From NCBI GenBank assembly GCA_963758425.1, contig CAVWVV010000019.1, forward strand, positions 20,129 to 84,128: a stretch of DNA of 64,000 nt, written 5' to 3'. Below, in pieces: positions 28,815 to 37,005 of this stretch. The stretch comes from an uncultured Verrucomicrobiae bacterium. Its GTDB lineage: Bacteria > Verrucomicrobiota > Verrucomicrobiia > Chthoniobacterales > UBA10450. How positions within the stretch are numbered: the stretch's first letter is position 1; every line of letters begins with the position of its first letter. The notes beneath the pieces are model-generated. The model had not been told where the DNA came from. It worked only from the letters and a program-made list of their open reading frames with translations, and ran no database searches. Both the position numbers and the translations under genes were made by a program.

Positions 28815-31221
28815 TTATGCCCCGGGAAGACGTTGACGCGAATGATGGGCTGACTACCTTGACCGATCGCTTCGGCGACCTTGTTGCTTGGACACTTTTC
28901 GACCAGCGCTTGACCGAGTTCTTTCAGTCCTTGCGGGTGCTCGATCGTGAACTGAAGGGTCACGCCGTATGCCGGATCTTCCGTGGCGGCGAGGTATTTC
29001 TGCGACTGCGTCTTGATGAAATCAGAGAAGCCATGCACCAGCCACTCCTGCATTTTCGTAATGAAAACTTGTGGAACAACGCCCGGCAGTCTCTGCAAAA
29101 TGGATTCTGGAGATTGTCCGGGGCGTATTCCAGGGTTTACGATCCGAAGCCGCCGGGGCCGTTCGCCGCGCAGGATATGTGACAGTCTGGGGGCCACAGC
29201 CTTGCTGAAGCGAACCGCCAGAGATCCGGCGTGCGATTGCTGGCGCAGCCGGACGGCGAGCTTCTGGGCCTTCACCTCGCTGAGGTAGATGCAGACATGA
29301 ATTTGATCTTGCGGACCATCCAATGTCACGTTGATATGAAAGAGCCGCTGATCATGATGACGGTGCCATCTTCCGGGGACGGTTAGCGGTCGCCTTCCTG
29401 GAATATCCAGATGAAATAACCGTTGTCCTGAGGCCACGTTCTGCCTGTCTGAACCCCGGAGTGGGCTACGGCCGAGACCAGGCTTACCGAGCAGGGCCGA
29501 CGCGGCCTCCTCTGTCAGCGGATGCAACTGGGAGACGGTAGCTTCGTCTGAGGCGCCCAGACCTGGGGTCTCGCTTTCGCCGCGCGCAATATCGGCGACG
29601 GTTGTGCCGGGCAGAGCTTCGTAGAGATGCACTTCCGCCTGACCTCGGCACCTCTGGCAGTCCGAGCTGATCCTGCAGGTAGTCGGATAGAGGAACGCCT
29701 TCGAAGCTTTCGACTTCCTCAGCCATGTGCGGCGTGATTCTTACTTTGAAAGCTCGGGTACACCGTTTGTATCGCTTGCGCCCACGCAAGGGCATGAACA
29801 GCCATGCAGCGTTGACGCCTGCCTACCAAAAGTTCGGCCGCTGTTGATAGGTTGCCTCGGAAAGCACGGCGGGTAAGTTCGCGGCCGCCGCCTACTGAAA
29901 CGCCTCCAGCACGAATCCTTCCAGCAACCTGGTTATCGAGGATATAATCCAGCAACGAGGTGACTCGATTGATAGTCTCTTCGACCGTTCCCGCTACTGC
30001 AGAAGCAGCAAGACCGGATTTCTCCTGGTCCGACATTTCGAGAGTCAAGAGTTTTAGTCCCGCGTCTACAATCGCTTTGGAGAGCGCAGGAGCCTGCTCC
30101 GGGCCAATAAGTTTCGAGATCAATTTGGCCAGCAGTTGAGCCAGAAAGTTCACGACGTTTTTCCGTCCACCCAGACGTATCGCCAGACGGAGCGCAGGTA
30201 GAACTGCAGGCAGGAAGTTCTGGACGTAAGGCTCGGGACTCTCGCCTGGCTTGAGGTTATCGAGCTCTTGAATGAATTGATCGCGCACATCATCGAGATT
30301 AGCGAAGACAGGAGTCGCGACCGCGGAGGAATTGCTCCGCAGTACCGGCTGCTTCCATGTCGGGTTCAGCTTCATCCTGCGCCAGCAAGGCCCCTGCGAT
30401 CTGTGCGTCAAACTGCTGTTGCATCGTGGGAAGGTCGCTGCCAGCAGCGGCTTGGACCGGCGATCCGGCATTTTCCGGAGGTATCGCCGCGTCGCCGCCC
30501 GCCGCCGTCGCCGGTTCCGCTACTTTCGGCGCGGCAAACCCAACTTTGCCTCAAGTTTCTGGGCCGCCGGTTGAATAGCTTCCGGAAGCTTTCCGATCGC
30601 TTTCTGCAGAACCCGATTCAAAAGCGGCTTAATCAGCGCCTTAATCTTGTTGAGGATGGGGCCGAGTCCAATCTTCGCTATCCCCTTGGCCACGCCCTTC
30701 ACCGCCGAGCCAACTTTTTTTAGCAACTTTCCGAAGAAGTTCTCGAACTCCGGGTCGATCTGCCCAGAAGGCGAATATTGTCCAAAGAAAGACTCGATCT
30801 CGCTTTCGACCAACCCGGTCCCATCACGCGAGCCGAACTCTCGCGCTACCGCATCCACCATGGCTTCCGATTCCCGCACCAAGTGAGAAAAGTGTTGCGT
30901 GACCACTCGGTCGGCTTCGCTGGAAGAATAACCGGAAGCGAGATGATTCTGATGCAAGTTTCGGACGTCGGTCATTAGCTCGAACAGCGCCTCGTCAAAT
31001 TCTTCATCGTAGAGGTTATTGACGATTGTCGCATACGCCTCGCGGACAGGGTCGTCGTATTCGCCCTCACCTTGAATCGACTCGTAGACGGAAACGAACG
31101 GCGAACGAATTGGGGTTGTCGCGCGAACTTCCGCTTCCTCCGCCTCTGCATTTTCAAGCTCGAAGCTCGTAGAATTCAAGAAAGGTACCGCAGCGTTTCC
31201 AGCCGTCATAAGATCGTTCAC
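28815..31221 (-). pseudogene. large hypothetical protein (acidic FELE/SPF N-terminus, Lys-rich amphipathic segment), fragmented
   Basis: The pieces are 30520..31221, an unlisted alternative-frame segment (FAAPKVAEPATAAAGG...TAEQF), 29719..30471, 29484..29795 and 28727..29632. A TAA lies immediately before the ATG of the next gene at 28814. Confidence 0.45.
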
Positions 31222-31295
31222 CTAGATTTAGAGTGCGGCCAACTTTGTAGAATGGACGCCTTTCGACGCTAGACCCCTAAAAGGCTAAATAATTC

Positions 31296-32450
31296 TTGTG
31301 TCTGAAGAAAAATTTTCAGACGCTGGCGGATGCAGTGAAACCCCCTAGTATTTTGAAACGCCTGGCGCGTGGCGCTCGGTGCGACGGCCCACGCTCGATT
31401 AACCTGATGGCGCGAGAAGGACACCGAGCGGACATCATGCGTTGTTGCGCGCTACAACGAAACGGTCTATCGCTCGCTGAGGCGTGGCATGGCGTATTCA
31501 CCCAACTATTCCACGCACTGATCGCGAATGGGGCGATACAAATTCTCCTCGTTGAAAACCGATCAAACTCGACCGGTTCGCGAGTTGTCTCATTCTGCGC
31601 GGCGATTTTTGCAACTGACGAATTTTGTGCTGACGTGCAGTCCACGCTTGGGCCTCATGTCGGTGTGCAGGTAGCGCGGTATTATCGTTTGCGGAAACTG
31701 CCCGTCTTGGATCGGGAGCAGTTGGCTCGAGTGAATTCCTGCGACGGAGTGAATTTGGTTCTGTGCTTCGGAGGCTTGGAATCCGATGGGCTGTCGGTCG
31801 ACGAAATCTTGGCGGTGCGCGAAAAGCAGAAGGAAGCGTTTCGCCTTGCCTGTAGCGGCTATCACCTGAAACAGTTCCTCGGTGATTCCATCGGAGACGA
31901 AGAAGTAGGGTGGATGCTCGGTGCCGGCGCTCGCATCAGGCGCGACTATTCGCGTTATTTCAAGAAGCGCGGCGTGCCGATTCCAGAGTCTTCAGAACGT
32001 CCTTGGCTGGTGGGGTTGACAAGAGAGGAGGCCTTCGCGAATCCCGGTAGCCAGCTCGCGAGCCTTTTCGTTTATTCGCCACCGCGGTTTCATTTCAGTC
32101 ATTCCGAGCAAGCACTGTTGCAGCACGCGCTATTGGGAGAAACGTCCGACGACCTGGCGAGATCGTTGTTCGTTTCTCGGTCGACCGTGAAAAAACGCTG
32201 GCAAGCGATTTACGAAAAGGTCGCAGACGTCGATCGCGAACTGCTGCCGCCGCTGCTCACCAACGGTCTCGTCGCGACATCACGCGGAGCGGAACACAGA
32301 CGGCACCTGCTTCATTATCTGCGCCAGCACCCCGAAGAACTCCGGCCCTACGCGTGGGCCAGACAGGCGGCCACAAATATTCTGCCGCTGGCAATCGATT
32401 TCCTTCTGGGTCCAGAGTTCTTGGACGGTGCTGCGATGTTCTTCTCGTAA
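31296..32450 (+). CDS. LuxR/GerE-type HTH transcriptional regulator with an uncharacterised N-terminal domain
   Basis: The C-terminus (SEQALLQHALLGETSDDLARSLFVSRSTVKKRWQAIYEKV) matches the GerE HTH pattern. The start is uncertain: TTG 31296, ATG 31407 or ATG 31437. It is divergent from the island operon. Confidence 0.7.
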   Translation: MCLKKNFQTLADAVKPPSILKRLARGARCDGPRSINLMAREGHRADIMRCCALQRNGLSLAEAWHGVFTQLFHALIANGAIQILLVENRSNSTGSRVVSFCAAIFATDEFCADVQSTLGPHVGVQVARYYRLRKLPVLDREQLARVNSCDGVNLVLCFGGLESDGLSVDEILAVREKQKEAFRLACSGYHLKQFLGDSIGDEEVGWMLGAGARIRRDYSRYFKKRGVPIPESSERPWLVGLTREEAFANPGSQLASLFVYSPPRFHFSHSEQALLQHALLGETSDDLARSLFVSRSTVKKRWQAIYEKVADVDRELLPPLLTNGLVATSRGAEHRRHLLHYLRQHPEELRPYAWARQAATNILPLAIDFLLGPEFLDGAAMFFS

Positions 32451-32624
32451 CAATCGGTACGCCGTGGGATTAAACTACGCCGTGAAATCGGGTGCCGGTT
32501 GGTCGACCAAGCTGGTCGACGTGGGACAGCGCTGGACTCCTGGTCTAGTCCTAGACTCCGAGGACAATCCCCACATGGTCTTCTACGACGCCGAGCACGG
32601 CGCACTGATCTACGCGACACGATC

Positions 32625-32831
32625 GTCGGGCACGGAATCGAATTCGGTGGCAAAGTTTCATGTGCGCGCCGAGCGGAATGATCGTTGCCAAGGGCTCGGT
32701 CGATCGCGAAGAGATCGTCATAGCTGAGATCGACTGGGAGCGCGGGAGATCGACATCGTACTCATTGGCTGTTCCTGCGGGATCGGCGCGTCGATGCTTA
32801 CGGCGGCCTCGAGCAACGGATGCTAGACTGA
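32625..32831 (+). pseudogene. decayed second copy of the aguB 3' end
   Basis: Aligns by eye to 17820-18016. GIEFGGK..(frameshift)..IVAKGSVDREEIVIAEIDWER...FLRDRRVDAYGGLEQRMLD* compares with GIEFWGQSFVCAPDGEIMAKGSVDREEIVMADVDWGR...FLRDRRVDAFSEIQQRLID*. Confidence 0.75.
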
Positions 32832-32877
32832 TTTTTTTTGGGCGGTCTGCTGCGCGGTTTATGTTAATACGGTGGCG

Positions 32878-32994
32878 ATGACCGCGAGAGTTCCTCAGCG
32901 CATACGCCGGCCATGGTATCGGCCGTCGTTGACGGTGCAGATCATGATCGGGTTAGTTGTCGGCGGTGTGACCGGCTGGCTGAGGTCCGATTGA
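32878..32994 (+). pseudogene. truncated 5' copy (38 codons) of the downstream DAACS symporter gene
   Basis: MTARVPQRIRRPWYRPSLTVQIMIGLVVGGVTGWLRSD* compares with MTARVSQPVLRPWYRPSLTSQIMIGLVVGGVIGWLRPEW... at 34048. The upstream leader is also duplicated. Confidence 0.8.
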
Positions 32995-33081
32995 AATCAT
33001 TTGTTCCAACGTCTCCTTGGAAATGGCGGAGTCCTTCGTGCTCCGTTACGCTCCTATGTTATACTGCACCTACACGCAATC

Positions 33082-33525
33082 ATGAACTCCCGCGAATCGG
33101 CACTCGAGGAGTGTGATAGATTAGCCAAGCATTTCGACGAGCGGGCGAAAAGAAACAAGAGAAAGTTTGTGCGTTACACATACTCCAGCGTAGCGCTTAC
33201 GGTTGGTGTAACCGTCATCTCGGCTCTACAGGGCATCTATCAGCCAGTCCCCTTTTGGGCGTGGGTTCTGCCAGTGGTCAGTGGCTTGGCTGCATTCTGC
33301 ACCACCATGGTGCACGCTACAAATGCGCAGGAATTATGGCTGCGAGCCCGGTCTATGACGCACCGTCTAAACACAGAGCGGTTTCTGTTTCTGCAAGGTG
33401 CAGGCATCTATTCGGAGTCGGAGGAGACCGACTCGGTGAAGCTGTTTTCCAACCGTCTGATGGATATTTGGGCAGGTGGGCATGAGCAATGGGAGAGAGC
33501 GGCTGAGCGTCAAAAGGGAACCTAA
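33082..33525 (+). CDS. SLATT/DUF4231-like two-transmembrane protein
   Basis: Trimmed to the ATG at 33082. Two hydrophobic helices (SSVALTVGVTVISAL, WVLPVVSGLAAFCTTMV) are followed by the QELWLRARSMTHRLNTERFLFLQGAGIY pattern typical of DUF4231. Confidence 0.65.
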   Translation: MNSRESALEECDRLAKHFDERAKRNKRKFVRYTYSSVALTVGVTVISALQGIYQPVPFWAWVLPVVSGLAAFCTTMVHATNAQELWLRARSMTHRLNTERFLFLQGAGIYSESEETDSVKLFSNRLMDIWAGGHEQWERAAERQKGT

Positions 33526-33578
33526 AAAGTCCGAGACGCGGCTTGCTGAAATTAAGTTATGGAAAGAAGAAGTTAGCC

Positions 33579-34004
33579 ATGGATAAAGAGCAGATATTAC
33601 TCGCTGAATACACAGAAGTTTGTAAAACCTATCATGCCATCTCCGATTTCAGAGGAAAGCTGCTGGCATTGCTGCCAATCGTATCTGGGGCAGGGATTTC
33701 GCTGTTGATCAGTAAGAATCATTCACCAGATTCATCGCATCTTTTGGCCGTAGGGATTTTCGGGGTGCTTGTCACATTGGGCCTCTTCTTTTACGAGCTG
33801 CGAGGAATTCAGAAATGCAAAAGTTTGATCATCCTCGGTGGTAAAATAGAAAGTGAACTGAAAATCGAGCTGGGACAGTTCAACGATCGTCCGAGACGGA
33901 TCGCTGGTTTTATAGGCGCGGAGACAGCGGGTTGGGTAATCTACATGGCCGTATTGGCGGCCTGGCTCTACGTTGCGTGGGTCGGAATTTGCGGGCCGCG
34001 CTAA
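33579..34004 (+). CDS. hypothetical small membrane protein (3 predicted TM helices)
   Basis: The ATG at 33579 is preceded by GGAAAGAAGAAG. Hydrophobic helices: LLALLPIVSGAGISLLI, LLAVGIFGVLVTLGLFFY, GWVIYMAVLAAWLYVAWVGI. Confidence 0.5.
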   Translation: MDKEQILLAEYTEVCKTYHAISDFRGKLLALLPIVSGAGISLLISKNHSPDSSHLLAVGIFGVLVTLGLFFYELRGIQKCKSLIILGGKIESELKIELGQFNDRPRRIAGFIGAETAGWVIYMAVLAAWLYVAWVGICGPR

Positions 34005-34047
34005 ACTGAGATCCGACTGTTGCGCGGTTCGTGTTAATACGAGTTCG

Positions 34048-35400
34048 ATGACCGCCAGGGTTTCTCAACCGGTGCTTCGGCCGTGGTATCGGCCGTCTTT
34101 GACGTCGCAGATCATGATCGGGTTGGTTGTCGGCGGTGTAATCGGGTGGCTGAGGCCCGAATGGGGGAACGCGGTTTATTTTTTGCGCGACATCTTCATT
34201 AACCTGATCAAATCCATCATCGCGCCCCTGGTGTTCTCGACCATCGTGGTTGGAATCGCAGGCGCCGGTGCATTGCGAAAAGTAGGACGGATGGGCGTGA
34301 AAGCGCTCGTCTATTTCGAGATCGTCACTACAGCGGCGTTGTTCATTGGCCTGGCTGTAGTCAATTTCACGAAGCCTGGCATAGGGGTAACTCTCGCCGC
34401 CACCAACACCGACGTCATTAAGACAATCGAGCAAAGTCATCCAAAGACTCTGGTCGAAACGATCGTCCATGCGTTCCCGTCGAGCGTGATCGAAGCAATG
34501 GCGCGCGGTGACGTTTTGCAAATCGTCATGTTTAGCGTGCTATTTGCGCTCGCTGTATCAGCGATTGGCGAAAAGGGGAAACCAATCGTCCGGGCGATGG
34601 AGAGCCTCGCCCAGATCATGTTCAAGTTTACGAACTATGTGATGCTCTTCGCACCGATTGGAGTAGGCGCGGCGATGGCGCATACTATTGGCACGCAGGG
34701 TCCCGGTGTGTTGGTGAATCTCGGCAAATTGATCGGCTCACTTTATCTGGCCCTCGTGATTTTCATCCTGTCGATCTTCGGACTGGTGATTTGGATCACG
34801 CGGATTCCGGTGCGGCAATTCATCAGGGCGGTGCGCGAGCCTGCGACGCTCGCCTTCGCAACCACGAGCAGCGAATCGGCGTTGCCGAAAGCGATGGAAT
34901 CGATGGAGCGCTTCGGCGTGCCGCGACACATCGTCGGGTTTGTGATGCCAACCGGTTATTCGTTTAATCTCGACGGCTCGACACTTTACCTCGCGCTCGC
35001 CTCCGTGTTTGTGGCGCAAGCCGCTGAAACGACCATGGGTTGGCACATGGGTTTTGGTCAGCAGCTTGTGATGATGCTCACGCTCATGCTTACGTCCAAA
35101 GGCGTCGCCGCCGTGCCACGCGCGTCGCTGGTTATTTTACTCGGGACACTGAACAGTTTTTTGCCAGCAGGTCTCGGCCCGATCGGCGTCGCGATAATTT
35201 TCGGCGTGGATGAATTGATGGACATGGGGCGCACCTGCGTGAATGTGATCGGCAACTGTCTGGCGACCGTGGTCGTCGCGCGCTGGGAAAAAGAATTCGA
35301 TGAAACCCGCGCTCGCGTTTTTGGCACGCCCGATGAAGCGGAGTTAGATTTGAAGTCAGGTGATGTTGCCTTCGCCGACGCAGTCGCCCAAGGTGATTGA
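34048..35400 (+). CDS. dicarboxylate/amino acid:cation symporter (DAACS family)
   Basis: 450 aa from the ATG at 34048. Typical DAACS motifs: FATTSSESALP, PTGYSFNLDGS, FGVDELMDMGRT..NVIGN. Confidence 0.9.
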   Translation: MTARVSQPVLRPWYRPSLTSQIMIGLVVGGVIGWLRPEWGNAVYFLRDIFINLIKSIIAPLVFSTIVVGIAGAGALRKVGRMGVKALVYFEIVTTAALFIGLAVVNFTKPGIGVTLAATNTDVIKTIEQSHPKTLVETIVHAFPSSVIEAMARGDVLQIVMFSVLFALAVSAIGEKGKPIVRAMESLAQIMFKFTNYVMLFAPIGVGAAMAHTIGTQGPGVLVNLGKLIGSLYLALVIFILSIFGLVIWITRIPVRQFIRAVREPATLAFATTSSESALPKAMESMERFGVPRHIVGFVMPTGYSFNLDGSTLYLALASVFVAQAAETTMGWHMGFGQQLVMMLTLMLTSKGVAAVPRASLVILLGTLNSFLPAGLGPIGVAIIFGVDELMDMGRTCVNVIGNCLATVVVARWEKEFDETRARVFGTPDEAELDLKSGDVAFADAVAQGD

Positions 35401-35512
35401 GTGCAACATCCGATCGGAGGATATGCCGCCGGTTGACTCGCGATAATTGCTCCTATCTTGACATTCGAGGGGATCGACAAAGCTAGATCGTTGCAGCTAA
35501 GCTTCGTGAGCC

Positions 35513-35926
35513 ATGGCACCTTTTCACACACCTAGTGGAGCAATTCATCTGCTCCAGATTTTCGGCTCCGCTTTTCTTGCGATTCTCTTTCTTCAATCCG
35601 GGATTGATAAAGTCATCGATCACCGTGGTAACCTTGAATGGCTAAAGGGACATTTTGCCAAGAGCCCGCTGGCCGGAGTTGTGCACGTTCTATTGACGGC
35701 GATCACGCTTCTCGAAGTTGGAGCCGGAGCACTAAGCGCGATTGGATGCCTGATGCTAATCGTTTCGCGAGAAACGACCATCGCCTTCTACGGCGCCGTC
35801 AGTTCAGCAGTTGCCCTCGTTGCGCTGTTCTTCGGACAACGCATGGCGAAGGATTACGCTGGGGCAGCCGTGCTTGTTCCGTACTTCTTGTTGACGCTGA
35901 TCACAATTTATCTGCTCGCACAGTGA
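35513..35926 (+). CDS. DoxX-family membrane protein
   Basis: 137-aa ORF with four hydrophobic helices and a DoxX-like N-terminus (LLQIFGSAFLAILFLQSGIDKV). Confidence 0.7.
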   Translation: MAPFHTPSGAIHLLQIFGSAFLAILFLQSGIDKVIDHRGNLEWLKGHFAKSPLAGVVHVLLTAITLLEVGAGALSAIGCLMLIVSRETTIAFYGAVSSAVALVALFFGQRMAKDYAGAAVLVPYFLLTLITIYLLAQ

Positions 35927-35939
35927 CAAGTGGGAAGCT

Positions 35940-36413
35940 CCAAATCCCAAACGTCAAATCCCAAGCAAACTATCAAATCCCAACTCCAAAAATGGACGGC
36001 GCGAAGCCACGAGATCTTGAGGACCGGACGTTTCGATTTGCGGAATTGGTGCGTATGTTTGTAAAGGAGTTGCCTAGAACAGCGAGCAATATCGAAGATA
36101 TCCGGCAGTTGGTACGTGCATCAGGCTCGGTCGCGGCAAATTGGATCGAAGCGGACGAGGCTTTGAGCAAGAAGGATTTTGTGATGCGAGTCAAAATTTG
36201 CCGAAAAGAAGCGAAGGAGAGTCGGTTGTTTTTACGATTGGTCGACACGGCTCAACAAAAGCCACGAGCGCTACCCGTGAGGGGCTAGCAGGTGAGGCGC
36301 GCGAGCTAACGCTTATTTTTTCGTCGATTATTTCGAAGAGCGAATGATTGATTTTTTGGGAATTGGAAACTGAGATTTACCTGGGCTTTGGGTTTTGGAA
36401 ATTGGGATTTGGG
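35940..36413. repeat. inverted decamer arrays bracketing the four-helix-bundle ORF
   Basis: CAAATCCCAA occurs 3 times upstream (35941, 35955, 35974). Downstream lie TTGGGAATTGG, TTGGGTTTTGG, and TTGGGATTTGG, which contains the exact complement at 36402-36411. Confidence 0.75.
35992..36347 (+). pseudogene. four-helix-bundle protein ('23S rRNA intervening-sequence protein' family) with a 3' frameshift
   Basis: DLEDRTFRFAELVRMFVKELP...QLVRASGSVAANWIEA...SKKDFVMRVKICRKEAKESRLFLRLV. The expected C-terminus (EGLAGEARELTLIFSSIISKSE) is in ORF 36141..36347. The break is at the A-run CAACAAAAGCC. Confidence 0.7.
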
Positions 36414-36427
36414 GCTTCTAGCGAAAC

Positions 36428-36889
36428 CTATTTCTTGCCGATCTTTGGCGGCAAAAGCCAAAGGAGTTTTCCTTCCTCGGACTCAGCATCCACATCGACC
36501 AGCGCAACGCCAGCCTTGGAAAGTTTGAGCGACGCCCCGGTTAATCCTGAAATAACATTGGTGAAGTCCGGTTCGTGGCCGACGAGCATCAGAACGTTTG
36601 CTCGATGCCGCTTCACTACTGTTCGCAATTTGCTTCTCCCAAATCCCGGTGCGAGCGATTCATCCTTGCGCACCTTCGCTTTGAGATAGTCGGCGGCGAT
36701 TTCGGCGGTCTCCGCCGCCCGGGGCAATGGGCTGGTCACGATCAAGTCGGGCCGCACTTTCAGGCGGTCTAGAAATTTCGCTACGTCGCGCATTTCTCTC
36801 TTTCCGCGCTTGGTCAAGGGGCGTTCGTCATCGGGTTTTTTCCAACCCGGCCAGTCGGCTTCACCGTGTCTGAGAAAATAGAGTTTCAT
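36428..36889 (-). CDS. sixA: phosphohistidine phosphatase SixA
   Basis: MKLYFLRHGEA (RHG motif), VTSPLPRAAETAE, VGHEPDF. Confidence 0.8.
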   Translation of the reverse strand: MKLYFLRHGEADWPGWKKPDDERPLTKRGKREMRDVAKFLDRLKVRPDLIVTSPLPRAAETAEIAADYLKAKVRKDESLAPGFGRSKLRTVVKRHRANVLMLVGHEPDFTNVISGLTGASLKLSKAGVALVDVDAESEEGKLLWLLPPKIGKK

Positions 36890-37005
36890 CCGGATACCTT
36901 ATCCTAACGAGTAAGAATAAGGAGTACAAATAGGAGAAGCAACCCTGCAAGCTTTCAGCGACGCCTGTCGCTGATTCTTATTCATATTCGATAATTCAAC
37001 TCGGC

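Noticed and set aside
18017-32624. Stop-codon reassignment (alternative genetic code, recoded phage) as the explanation for the in-frame stops in island genes
   Set aside because: All three stop codons (TAA, TAG, TGA) occur as interruptions, and most breaks require frame changes rather than read-through. No phage structural, replication or integrase genes are present.
33973-34047. Longer starts for the symporter (33973), and likewise for pstS (44790), mdh (11503), aguB (17063) and the cyclophilin (16343)
   Set aside because: The extensions run through repeats, leaders or a Pho-box candidate and lack homology. The internal ATGs give canonical N-termini, either signal peptides or conserved first motifs.
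35638-35991. N-terminal 118 codons of ORF 35638..36288
   Set aside because: They overlap the DoxX gene out of frame and are Arg/Ser-rich. The four-helix-bundle homology begins at the ATG at 35992.
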